Origin: Diplonema japonicum | Taxonomy: Eukaryota; Protista; Euglenozoa: Diplonemea | NCBI GenBank assembly: GCA_964019335.1 | Contig: OZ025733.1 | Coordinates: 62,001 to 126,000, forward strand | Direction of reading: 5' to 3' | DNA length: 64,000 nt | Shown here: in pieces, positions 33,965 to 44,520 of the stretch | Layout: every line of letters begins with the position of its first letter | Position numbering within the stretch: position 1 is the first letter of the stretch | Translations under genes and position numbers: made by a program | Notes under the pieces: generated by a model | Seen by the model: only the letters and a program-made list of their open reading frames with translations | Databases searched by the model: none | What the model was told of the DNA's origin: nothing

Positions 33965-35038
33965 ATGCAAGAAGACAATGAACAGAGCAAACCGTTCCAG
34001 AAGGTGGTAGAAATGTATGGAACTTTCGGAGGCGAGAAGGAAGCACAACAACAACAACATGAAAAAATCGACTCCAAGAGGGCCTGCTACGGCGAACTGT
34101 GCTTCGTGCTGTCCTTGTTGATATTCAGCCAGGTACCGTCGGTGGTGCAGTGGCTGTACAGACTCAACTCGGAGGTTTTCACAGCATGCAGTATACTCTG
34201 CGCGAGTAACATGGTAGGGGCGATAGCTTTCCCGCTGTTCTTCCGTGCTGAGCTGTCAAGGGAGAGGCTTCGAAAGGTCCCGTTTCACGAATGGGTAGTT
34301 CTGTGCGTTTCAGCAGTTCTTTACAGCGCAATAGGACCAGCTCTTCAACTGACCGCATTGCGGTATACAAGCGTAACAACTATGGCGGTAACTCAACGTT
34401 TTGAAAGCGTTAACTTGGTAATATATTCATGGATTTTCACCAGTGTGGTGCCGAGCACATGGTGCAAAGCGAATACCGGTTTGATCGTAACGTGTATCTT
34501 TATGTATTTGTCTTTTGCGGTCTCGGCAAACCCGGATGAAAGCTTGAAAGGACCCGTGTATACTGTCCTCTCCGGGTGGGCGTACAGCACTTCGTTGATC
34601 TTAACAAAGCGTTTGGAAGTGATGTCTGTGGGGCAGGTTGCCGTCGGGCGTGCTGTTATGGGAACGGTATTCTACCATTTCATGGCGGTTACCCTTCAGA
34701 ATGAAGAGAGCCTCTCCATGATCTACTCGCAAGAGTTGTGGACTTACATGATTTGGTACGGGATTGTGTATGTGTTCTTGGGGCAGTACTTCTGGACGAT
34801 TGCGTTGAAGGAGTGTCCTCCTGTAACGCTGTCGGCGGGGGTCACCTCGTTGTTCCCGCTTCAGGTGTTTTGGTCTGTTGTGATTCTTGGGACGGCCCCC
34901 ACCTTTCCGGAGAAGATCGTCACGGCCGTGCTTGTTGTGATCGTGGCGTCATGCACAGCAGAGATTCTCACTCACCCACCCCCGACCACCCCCAAGCCTT
35001 TAGCTACCGCCGACAAGCTTTACCCAAAGGGGATGTAA
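33965..35038 (+). CDS. EamA/DMT-family multi-pass membrane transporter
   Basis: About 10 hydrophobic helices in two repeats, with ALRYTSVT..A and ALKECPP..LS motifs typical of DMT proteins. Confidence 0.75.
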   Translation: MQEDNEQSKPFQKVVEMYGTFGGEKEAQQQQHEKIDSKRACYGELCFVLSLLIFSQVPSVVQWLYRLNSEVFTACSILCASNMVGAIAFPLFFRAELSRERLRKVPFHEWVVLCVSAVLYSAIGPALQLTALRYTSVTTMAVTQRFESVNLVIYSWIFTSVVPSTWCKANTGLIVTCIFMYLSFAVSANPDESLKGPVYTVLSGWAYSTSLILTKRLEVMSVGQVAVGRAVMGTVFYHFMAVTLQNEESLSMIYSQELWTYMIWYGIVYVFLGQYFWTIALKECPPVTLSAGVTSLFPLQVFWSVVILGTAPTFPEKIVTAVLVVIVASCTAEILTHPPPTTPKPLATADKLYPKGM

Positions 35039-35050
35039 GCAGGATGGGGG

Positions 35051-35285
35051 ACTTGGAACTGAGCCGAGGCAAACCTGGGGGGGGAAATTGACAAACCGAG
35101 AGGGAAAAAAAAAAATCTTTTTTTTTTTTGCCCCACTGGGAACTGAACCGAGGCAAAAAAAAAAAAAAAATGGTACTACTGAGGGCATATTATGAAACTT
35201 CCCCTATTACTTCACGGAAAACACGGCCGTTATTTCACCGTGAAGTAATGCCCCCCCGAGTGCGTGAAGTAATTTCAGAAGAGTG
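35051..35285 (+). repeat. Partial copy of the element at 20350-20993
   Basis: ACTTGGAACTGAGCCGAGGCAAA...CCTATTACTTCACGGAAAACA...TTATTTCACCGTGAAGTAATG...GTGCGTGAAGTAATTTC.GAAGAGTG matches ~20701-20985. Confidence 0.85.
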
Positions 35286-36013
35286 GGGGAAAAAAAAAAA
35301 AAAAAAAAAAAAAAAAAACGTTGGGGGGGGGCACAAAATTTCAAAAAAAAACTTTTTTTGAAGATCACATGCAACGATTTCTTTCTTTTTTTTGACTTGT
35401 TTTTTGTACCCCCCCCCCCCCCTCTCGAGCACATTCAGAACGATATCTTTGGACAATGTTGTGGGGCACTTTCTCTTCGACATCTGGAGGCATTTCTGGG
35501 GGCATACCAGCCCCGGCGTTGCGTTAGAATTTCTTTTTTTTGTGGTTTTGAAAAAAAATACCCCCCCCTGGTGGATGGTTTAAAAAAATAAAATAAATAA
35601 TAATAAAAAAGCGTATCCAGGGGGGGGGGGTTAAAATCTTGTTACTGGAAGAATTACTTCACCCCCTTTTATATTTCTCCCCCCCCCCCCAGTCACAGAT
35701 GCTCTCAGTGCAACGCTTGTAGAGTCTGTGAAACGATGTCCTTCAAAACAACCCAGAACCACTCTGGTTTAAGTAGTGTTGCAGCAACTACACATCATAA
35801 GACAAACAAAAAAAGGCATCTATGAGTTAGTTACCTGCCAAAACGAGCCAGAGTTTAACTCACGTTTGCTATATTATGTACTCATAATTTTGCTGGCAAT
35901 GAGTAGTTTTCTTTTTTTTTTTTTTTTTTTTTTTTTTTTCTCCTACTCTGGTGAGCGCGAAAACGCAAACCTTCAAATGTCGTCTAGTTTCTTGCTCTCT
36001 CACACCCCCCTCC

Positions 36014-36156
36014 CCCTAGGCATAGCTGTGAAACGAATCGGTTTTTCGCACATTTTCAGCTCTGAGCCCAAATTTTCGCAAAACGATTCGCCCTTTCGCG
36101 AAAATATGCGAAAATAGTACAAACTAGGTGAACTACGAAACCTACTATGCCTAGGG
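36014..36156. repeat. Small foldback/MITE-like element
   Basis: CCCTAGGCATAG ... CTATGCCTAGGG, with inner TTTTCGCACATTTTC / GAAAATATGCGAAAA. Confidence 0.65.
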
Positions 36157-36157
36157 C

Positions 36158-36316
36158 TATGTTGGCAAAGAAACGCGTTTCCAAAGCTTTTTTTTTTTTT
36201 TTTTTGAAACGCCGTTTCCTTAAGAAGGGAACACGGTTCCCCTAAATAAACCTGAAAACAAAATAAGGAAACGACAACGGAAACGGAAACGTTTCCCCCC
36301 GTTTCTCGCCAACATA
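36158..36316. repeat. Small foldback/MITE-like element adjacent to the previous one
   Basis: TATGTTGGCAAAGAAACG ... CGTTTCTCGCCAACATA, with internal GAAAC/GTTTC motifs. Confidence 0.6.
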
Positions 36317-36420
36317 CGCCGCCGCCGCCCCCTTTATTTCCATCTTGCTGCCCTGTTTATCTCCACCATATGCAGCTATTTACGCGGGGCCAAGAGTACT
36401 TACGCTGCACCTGCATTGGT

Positions 36421-36454
<34 letters not shown>

Positions 36455-36556
36455 CTTCTTCTCTCTTTTTCTTCTTCCCCTTTCTTTTTTCTCCCTCCTT
36501 TTTTCTTCTTCTTCCTCATTACAACGCATCACCAGGGAGGGGTGGGGACACTCAAA

Positions 36557-36597
<41 letters not shown>

Positions 36598-36598
<1 letters not shown>

Positions 36599-39500
36599 TG
36601 GCAGCAGAGATAGACTGCACCAGGGAAGCGGTGGCAAAACAACTAAGGGTTTTGGACAGCACCAGCGCAAGCGCTCACGAAAGGGTGAGAAGCTTGGAAA
36701 CCCTGGCGGCGATAGGCAAGGCGAGAACGAGCGACCTCAAGGACCCGACTCCTCTGGTGAAATGTCTCCGGTGGCTTTTAACAAGCAAAAATCTATGGAC
36801 GAGATGCGCGGCACTAAGAATTCTAAAATGTTACACGCATGACCGAGCGTTTCTAAGGACAGCCTGGGAGCACAAACTAGACTGGTTCATAGCGAGATCT
36901 ATGGATAGATCCAGCGACAGGGACAAAAAACTGGAGAAGGAACGAGATTTCGCCTTCCGTGTGATTCAAAAGTGCATCGAGGTGCTCCAGGGTGATCTCA
37001 AAACACTAAAAGAACAAAACGAAGTCCCAAGCTCAGCGGGTTCAAAGATCCAAAGCCATGCAGCAATGTTCTCAAGCTCGGTGTTGTCGAGCTCGCCATT
37101 CGGGATGCATGGATCGTCAAGTTGCAATGCGAACACACCACCTATGTCGCAAGACTCTGTTCCCACAATGAGGTGTGTAGATGGATCGGGTACACCAAGA
37201 AGCGGTCCTGTCCCGCCTTCTGCCCCGTATCCTGCAATTCCTCGTGGGTTGGTGCAGAGGATACAAACCTCTGCGGAGAACAACGACGATCCCTTCCAAC
37301 GACGGTCGATTGTGTTGCTTCGAGACATGCTTGTGTGCTCGCCCAAATCCATCGCTGCAGCCAACTCGCTCAGAACCCTCATTGCCGTCCTTGCCGACCC
37401 CGAGCACACCGACCTCCACACCAGCATTGTCTATGCAGTGCTTTACATCATTGATGACCCCAAGACGCGCTCCATGTTCCGCCTGCAGCTTGACTTCCAA
37501 ACCGTCTTCGCCCCTTTCACCGAGAAGCTCGGGCGTGAGAACGGCGACCTCAAGAAACGTTTGAAATGCGCGAAGTCGTCCACCCTTCTCTTCCTCCGCT
37601 CGTGGGTGGGTCTCATGTACCTTGCGTCCGACCCCAGAGGCTTGAAGCCTCTCATCGACAGTCTCCGACTCCCTGGGCCCGCCTTCAGAAAAATGACAAT
37701 ATTTGAAGTCCTCCACTTGGCGATCAGAACTGCCGCCCCTGCCAGGGGGATACCGTTGACAGGGCCGTGGAGTGAATACACCGACGAGGACGGAGAGATG
37801 GGAGGCGACGACGAGAAGAGGGAGGAGGATACTTTCGACGAGAGGCGGCACAACGCTGTGTGTGCGTGTGCGGGATACAGCGTGTTGGATATCTTCTTAG
37901 GCTCGCTGCTGTTGGTTCTGGAAAAGGCAGGCCTCACAGAGACACTGATCGCACTCATCAGGACAGGGATGGGCGGGTCCGAATGCTGTATGGTCAACGG
38001 TCTCGCCACCGCATGCTCAGGCTCGAACAAGGGAGTGAACGGCAAAGGAGCAAAGGACCGGGGACAGGAAGAAAACCCTGCACAGGTGGGACAAGCTGCT
38101 GCACAGCTCCTGCAAACCACGTTGCTACTCTCGAGCTCGCTCTTCCCCGGTGCGTCGAGCCACAAGCTGTACAGAAACTTCGACAAAACAATCGCCGAGA
38201 TGCTTGCACGGTCAGAAGGACACCAAGGCCTGCAGGCCACCTCCAAGGTCCGCAACATGACGACTTCCCTGTTCCATAAGATCGCCTACTCCGTGGCGCC
38301 CAAGAAGGAGGTCAGGCTCGACAGCATCAAGCTGCAAATGTCATCGAACATGGAAGACGCGCAGTTCAGGATCCTCCTAAACGACTCCCAGGTCACCACC
38401 ACAAAGGACTGGAACAAGTGGAACTGTGAGACAGCGCTGTTCCTCATCAAAGGCCCGCTGCGGCTGCACACACGCCTGCAGGAGACACTGAAAACAAAGT
38501 TCTTCAAACGACTGCTGACATTCGTGAAGCCGCGCAGACGGCTGTTCTCAGAACTGCCCTACAAAGAGGAGAACCTTGTGTACAGCACCGTAGCTTGCGG
38601 GCTTATTGACCTGCTGCTGCAGTCGAAGGAAGGCATGCTGTATTTATCAGCAAGCGGGCTGCTAGAGGAGATCCGCAGCATTTTAAACGAAGTGACGAGC
38701 AACGCGCCCGAACGCGAGAAGGTTCTGTGCAAAGAGCGCATCATGTACTTCATGGCAAGGGAGTACTTCAAGATCATCGGGAAGTGCTCCGAGTCGCCGT
38801 TGGGCGTCGAACTGCTCATCAAACACAACATCTTCAAGTCCTTGCAGCACCTCATGGAGAAGTCCAAGAGCAGGGACCGCGACGATATATGCCACCAAAT
38901 CCTGAAGCACCTGAACTTTGGCAGAGTGGGGAACAGGCCTGTCAACCCGGAGGCGAAACAGATCTTCGCGAACGCCATGACAGAAGGAAGCAGGCCCATC
39001 AGATTGTTCGCAACCCTGCAGCTGCGAAACTCCTTCAGGCTAGGGTACAGAGACAGCGTGGACTGGGCGCTCGACCTGCTTGTGGCGCAGCTGTCGGACT
39101 CATGGCGCGAAGTAGCTAAAGCAGCGCACGAGATCATCAACGAGTGGTGCATGTTGGACGACGACGTACTCGATTCATTTATCAGCAAGAAGCCTGGAAT
39201 GCAAATCTTCACCAGAAAAGAAGAGAAGGATGCTGAAGAACACGCCCACAAGCTTCTCCTGCGCATGCTGACAAGAGAGGCGGGCTTCGTGTACCTGCAC
39301 GACCTTGGCGTGGTGAACCAACAGCTGCAAGAGTGGAGGGGCTCCAAAGCCATGGAATGGGTGGTGGTGTTGGAAAGAAACATCAGTAAAACCCTGGCTG
39401 TGGGGAAGGCAGGCGACATCCGCAGCCATCAAACGAAGAAGAAGTCGCGTGCTGTGGACTCCATGGCGTCGGCTGTTCTACTGCAGCCGCACCTTTTCGG

Positions 39501-41839
39501 CGAGATGGCCAAGACACAACAAGGTTGCGATTGCCTGCGAACCTCACAAATCATTGAAGAGTACATGGTGGTCATCAACCAGGCCCTCGGTGGGGAGGAT
39601 GCTCTCTGGTTCCACACCGAGACCACATGGGGCGACCCACGGACGCCTGGCCGCGAGATGACCACACCTATGTCCATGTCGACCTCACGCTTCCTCGACG
39701 GGAAGGACGAGATGATGCAGAACAGCGTGAGGCTGTACTTCCACGAAGACGAAGGCGACATCAAAGACCTAACAGACCAGGTATGCTAAGGACGTTGATT
39801 ATTATTAAAACCACGACAAACAACAGGTCTGCGCCAGCCCGAGACAGAGGATGGAGCTGTCCGCCCCAGCAATCCCGGTTGCAGAGGTAGAAGAGGAAGA
39901 ACCGCCAAAAGACAGCGACTACACCCCAAGTATGAAAATTTAAAAGAAAAAAAAGAAGAAGAAAAACACTTGCAGAAACGGCAACGGGATTAGCTTTGAA
40001 AGTACAGAACTCGATGCAGCTGCGCGCGGCACTATGGGCATTGGCGCACATCGCAAGCAGCGAGACAGGGTACGCGTTGCTTCAGTCGCACGGGCACTGC
40101 GGGGATCTGGTCGCAAAGATGGTGAAGATCGCAACACAGTCAGAGAGCATCTCCCTAAGAGGGACAATGATGTGCATTCTATCAGTGGTGGGGCATTCGC
40201 AAAGCGGACAGGACGCACTCGCAAAGCAAGGATGGGTGACAAGCAACTGCGAAGGCTACAACTCATCCGATGGTGTATGGTACGCAACAAGCTTCAGCTA
40301 CCCCGCCAACTACGAAAAATGGGCGGTAGTCCACTACGGCGGGTTCCAAGCTGTACCGTGCAATGTGGTGTACGACGATGATATAAGCGAAAAGAAAGAA
40401 GCGGCAGAGAGGTTGTTCAGGTCGTTCAAAATCACGACAAAGAATGCACAGCAGTTTGTACCGGAGCTGGATACGATCGCGCAGACTCTGTTGCAACAAG
40501 GCGTTGTGTCTTCGGTGCACGAGGCGAAGAAAGAGTTCGGAGTCCTCCTCCTCCTGCACCACAGGGAGCATGTCTGCTCACCCGACGCTACCACCGCGTA
40601 CGAAAGCGTTTTGTACCACATCCGGACCATGGCAAACCCTGTCATGGTGGACGGGGCGGGGAAAGCGTTGAAGAAGATTAGGCACCAGGACCCGACCATC
40701 TTCCAGGACCCTTACCTGGCGCTGGAGATCCATGATCTGATCAACACGTACCGGTTCAGGCCGACGGCGAGGAAATATCTGTACGACACCTTTATCGACC
40801 ATGCGGTGTACAGCCATGATGCGTTTTCTTATGTGGATTTGAAGTATCTCCCGTTGCAGACCACTTCTGTCGAAGTGTGTGCGAGCGACGCGAGCCATCA
40901 GCAGGACCCTTATGACGAGGGGAGCAACAACAGTGGCCGGTCGTCGCCTGCTCCGTGTCCTGTGTCGCCTTCGTTGTCGCGGCACACCCCACGTGAGGTA
41001 TTTTGGTTTTTTTTCAAATAAAAAAATATGAGCTCGTCCGGGAAAAAAAAAAAAAATGTCAACAACTGACCCAAAAAAAACAACCCCCCCCCCCCCACCG
41101 TTAAATTTCGAAGTAGAAAAGCGGTCCAACACCACTTTGTGTGCAGAATTGCGGTCTAGTTGCTTTTCTGAAAAAGGCCATGTTAGGCCAAAAATCCCTT
41201 AGGAACCCCTTGAAAAAGCAAAAAAAAAAAAAAAAAAAAAAATGGGTGTAAAAAAACCGGATTTTTCGGGGGCTAGGCAGTACCATCTTTTTTTTCGCTA
41301 AGTACATTTAACAGCAACCTGGCTTGTTGCCCAGGGGTCACAAGTGCGCTTGATCACTTTTAAACATTTTCCCCGCCGTTTTTCTGACTTTTGTTTTTCG
41401 CTTCCCAGGGGCAGCCGGTTGCAACTGCCACCCTCATGGCAAAAACAAGCATCGCAATTGAAAGAACGGGAACAGGTACATCATATATGTCATGCTGCCC
41501 AATTTTTGCTCAAATAATCATAACAAAATTTCAAACGTGTTGACATTTTAACGGACGAGCTCTTTAAATATACAAAAACAGCCTCATAGCGTTGCCCCTA
41601 AGCCGTCCAAGCCTCTTATCGACCTCTTTGATGCACTGTCTGGTCCAGAGCCCCTTGGTCCTGATTCTGTCGCCGCGCTCATTCATCTTGCCCTCCAAGC
41701 CCCCGAGTCTCTCGTCATTAAGCAGGTTCTTGCGCATGAACGGTACCAGTGGAATGGTGAAGGCTTCAGCACACCCCTCACCACCGAAAAGGCCCACCTA
41801 CTCGCGCAGGAGCTCCGCCGATACACACTGTGTGGCTGA
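36598..41839 (+). CDS. RICTOR: TORC2 subunit RICTOR/Avo3-like; exons 36598-39780, 39827-39929, 39976-40997, 41582-41839
   Basis: ARM-repeat protein with LRSWVGL, KDWNKWN..LIKGPL, FFKRLLTF.KP, PHLFGEMAKTQQGC, LRAALWALAHIASS, SLRGTMMCILS. GT-AG introns 39781-39826, 39930-39975 and 40998-41581 keep the frame; the last exon is less certain. Confidence 0.88.
41030..41562. mobile_element. Inverted-repeat element inserted in the last RICTOR intron
   Basis: GAGCTCGTCCG..(A)nTGTCAACA (41030-41064) versus TGTTGACATTTTAACGGACGAGCTC (41538-41562). Removing it leaves a 51-nt intron of typical size. Confidence 0.7.
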
Positions 41840-41943
41840 TGTTGATGTGAGTGTGAGGGGCCTTTGTAATTACATATAAACAGGGAGGCGGTGTTTCTTT
41901 TTTGTTTTTTTTCTTTATCTTCTCTCTTTGACGAAGCGTGATT

Positions 41944-41984
<41 letters not shown>

Positions 41985-42100
41985 TCCTCTGTACCTGTTC
42001 TTAGGTTCTTTCCTTAGTCCCTTTCCACTGAAATACGTAACACTGCAAGTGGTTTCTCCGTGTGTTACACCATCACCAAGCACCCTCACAGATAACTTTG

Positions 42101-42141
<41 letters not shown>

Positions 42142-42143
42142 CA

Positions 42144-42635
42144 ATGCCCTCGCAGAAGAAGAGCCCGAAGAAGAGGGGATCGAAGAAGGGAGGGAAGCAT
42201 GTGTCGAGGTCGTCGAAGGCTGGGCTGACCTTCCCTGTGGGGAGGGTGGGGAGCAGCCTGAAGAAGGGACGGTTCGCGAGGAGGGTGAGCGCGCCTGCCG
42301 CTGTCTTCCTGACGGCTGTGATGGAGTACTGCACGTCTGAGCTGCTGACGCTGTCTGCGAGGTGCGCCCTCAAAACCTCGAAGAGCGAGGATGTTGAGGA
42401 CAAGCAGCAGAACATCAAGCCCCGCCACATCTGCCTTGCAGTGAGGCAGGACGAGGACCTTAGCCAGCTCCTGTCGCAGGTCACCATCTCGGGCGGCGGT
42501 GTGATGAAGCACGTCCACAAGGCCGTGCTCAAGAAGAAGAAGGACTCCGTTCCCTCCGACGACACCAAGAAGGACAAGAAGAGCAAAAAGGACAAGAAGG
42601 ACAAGAAGGACAAGAAGAAGAAGAAGAGCGAATAG
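42144..42635 (+). CDS. H2A: Histone H2A variant with SPKK-containing N-tail and Lys/Asp-rich C-tail (copy 1, 163 aa)
   Basis: SRSSKAGLTFPVGRV, AAVFLTAVMEY..SELL.L, IKPRHI.LAVR.DEDLSQLL..VTISGGGV. Confidence 0.93.
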   Translation: MPSQKKSPKKRGSKKGGKHVSRSSKAGLTFPVGRVGSSLKKGRFARRVSAPAAVFLTAVMEYCTSELLTLSARCALKTSKSEDVEDKQQNIKPRHICLAVRQDEDLSQLLSQVTISGGGVMKHVHKAVLKKKKDSVPSDDTKKDKKSKKDKKDKKDKKKKKSE

Positions 42636-42862
42636 ACTCTTTTACTTCCTCTTCCCCACTCTTTTTCTCTCTCTTTTTTTTTTTTTTTTTTTTTTTTACC
42701 CCTTCTTTCTATTCCCTCCCTGTTCCCACCCAATATAAATAAATATAGGGTGGTGGTGCTATTAAGCACCGCAATTTTACTTTAAAATAAAATTCCCCTT
42801 TTTTTTTTCTTCCTTTGCATCTTCTTATAATAAAATACCCCCCCCCCCCTCCCTTAGGGAAC

Positions 42863-44020
42863 ATGGAAGAGTCAAACGAGAAGCCGAGGTGGAACGCAGA
42901 ACTAGGCGATGAACACGCAGAGGCTGTAGGATACATGAGCAACACGAAGGAGGAGATGGAGGTGATCATGGGGTACGTGGAGGAAGTGCACAACGACCAG
43001 GCCACCGACACATTGGAAAGCTGCTACTCAGACACAAAGAGAGCGGTTGCAATGCAAGCCGGGAACGAAGTCTTCGACGCCATCGACTCCAACGGCGACG
43101 GCGCTCTCACCATGGAGGAGGTGAACTCGTACTTCGACCGCAACCCGAAGATCCTGGAACAGCTCAACGCGGTAAAAACAGAAAAATTCGATGCCGACTG
43201 GATCAACATGCTCGACATGCTCGACGGCGACGGCGACAGAAAAGTCACCGGAGACGAGTTCCTAGACTTCTGGCTGGACAACAACCTCGGCTCGGAAAAA
43301 GACGCTCGACAATTGTTCAAAAAAATGGATAGCAGTGACGACGGTGAGCTGTCAACAAACGAGGTGAAAAAATACCTGCAACATGATAAGCCGTTGAGGG
43401 ACAAGCTGTCAGAGGCTAGACGCTCAAAACTCGCGAAGGAGTGGAACTCATTCTTCACAATGATGCAGGACGGAACCTCGGGCGAGTTTGACCGCGCACA
43501 ATTTGCTTCATTGTGGTCCGCATCTGGACTAGGGCTTAACATATCTGCCGCAAACAAAGGGGAAAAACCCACAAGACGGCCGCATTCAGCACGTGCTCCA
43601 CAAAGGGCTTTAACCCCACACCCTCCTGAGGACACCCCTACCATAAGTACAGCACGACAGTCGTATAAAATAGCTGATAAATATTTGATAATCGACTCTG
43701 CTGATCTTGAACGGCCTTGTTTAGCTCACCGTATTGATTATACTAATATTCTTCAAGAACAAACAACTAGCTTGCGTGAGAGGGACACCGCGATCGTTGG
43801 GTACAAAGACATGCTCCGCAAGGTGGAACAATATCAGCGGGCATCGATGAAGGTACTTGAAGCTCATTATGGAGCGCTGGATGCGGGGGCTAGGTGGAAG
43901 CAGTTGAAGTGTGCGAACAATGTGAAGTCCGCAAATCCGTTTGGCAAGATTCTCGCCAATGCGAAGGATCCCTCTGTACTCCCCCCGATACCCCCGCCAC
44001 CGCAGAAAGTCACTGCATAG
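42863..44020 (+). CDS. EF-hand calcium-binding protein
   Basis: DSNGDGALTMEE, DGDGDRKVTGDE and DSSDDGELSTNE loops. Confidence 0.85.
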   Translation: MEESNEKPRWNAELGDEHAEAVGYMSNTKEEMEVIMGYVEEVHNDQATDTLESCYSDTKRAVAMQAGNEVFDAIDSNGDGALTMEEVNSYFDRNPKILEQLNAVKTEKFDADWINMLDMLDGDGDRKVTGDEFLDFWLDNNLGSEKDARQLFKKMDSSDDGELSTNEVKKYLQHDKPLRDKLSEARRSKLAKEWNSFFTMMQDGTSGEFDRAQFASLWSASGLGLNISAANKGEKPTRRPHSARAPQRALTPHPPEDTPTISTARQSYKIADKYLIIDSADLERPCLAHRIDYTNILQEQTTSLRERDTAIVGYKDMLRKVEQYQRASMKVLEAHYGALDAGARWKQLKCANNVKSANPFGKILANAKDPSVLPPIPPPPQKVTA

Positions 44021-44032
44021 GTTCTTGTATCA

Positions 44033-44063
<31 letters not shown>

Positions 44064-44457
44064 GATTTTATAACTATTTGCAATTGTGCCGAGCAAAAAA
44101 AAAAAAAAAAAAAACTTCGCAGCTTTTTTTTTTTTTTTTTTTTTTTTTTGCTCGTGCGAAACAACAAAAGACATATAGTCATAAAGAATTATTATTATTA
44201 TTTGGTGGTGGGGATAACATGAAAATATAAGAAAAACATCAGATGTGTTGTTCGCTGTTGACCTCCTCGTCGGTCATCACCGGTAGCACCCGAGTGGAAG
44301 AACATAATGCAGATGCTCAGGGTGACGAACAGGCAGCAAACTGCACGAGCGCAGAATCTTGGTTACCCGGGACGCCCCGGCTGGGGTTGAGCTGTACACC
44401 GCACGCATTAAGGACACGACGCGGAACGCAGAAGAAGCTACAACTCGGCCGCGGCGC

Positions 44458-44520
44458 GCCCCCTGTAATCAAGTAGACAGTTCTTGTGCAGGGCGCCGCC
44501 AACACCGGCCTCCTTTAACT
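44458..44520 (+). repeat. Dispersed repeat (also 44700-44727, ~63313-63375, and inverted ~12803-12850)
   Basis: Core CCCCTGTAATCAAGTAGACAGT.CTTGTGCAG.GCGCC.CCAACA..GGCCTCCTTT. Confidence 0.75.
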
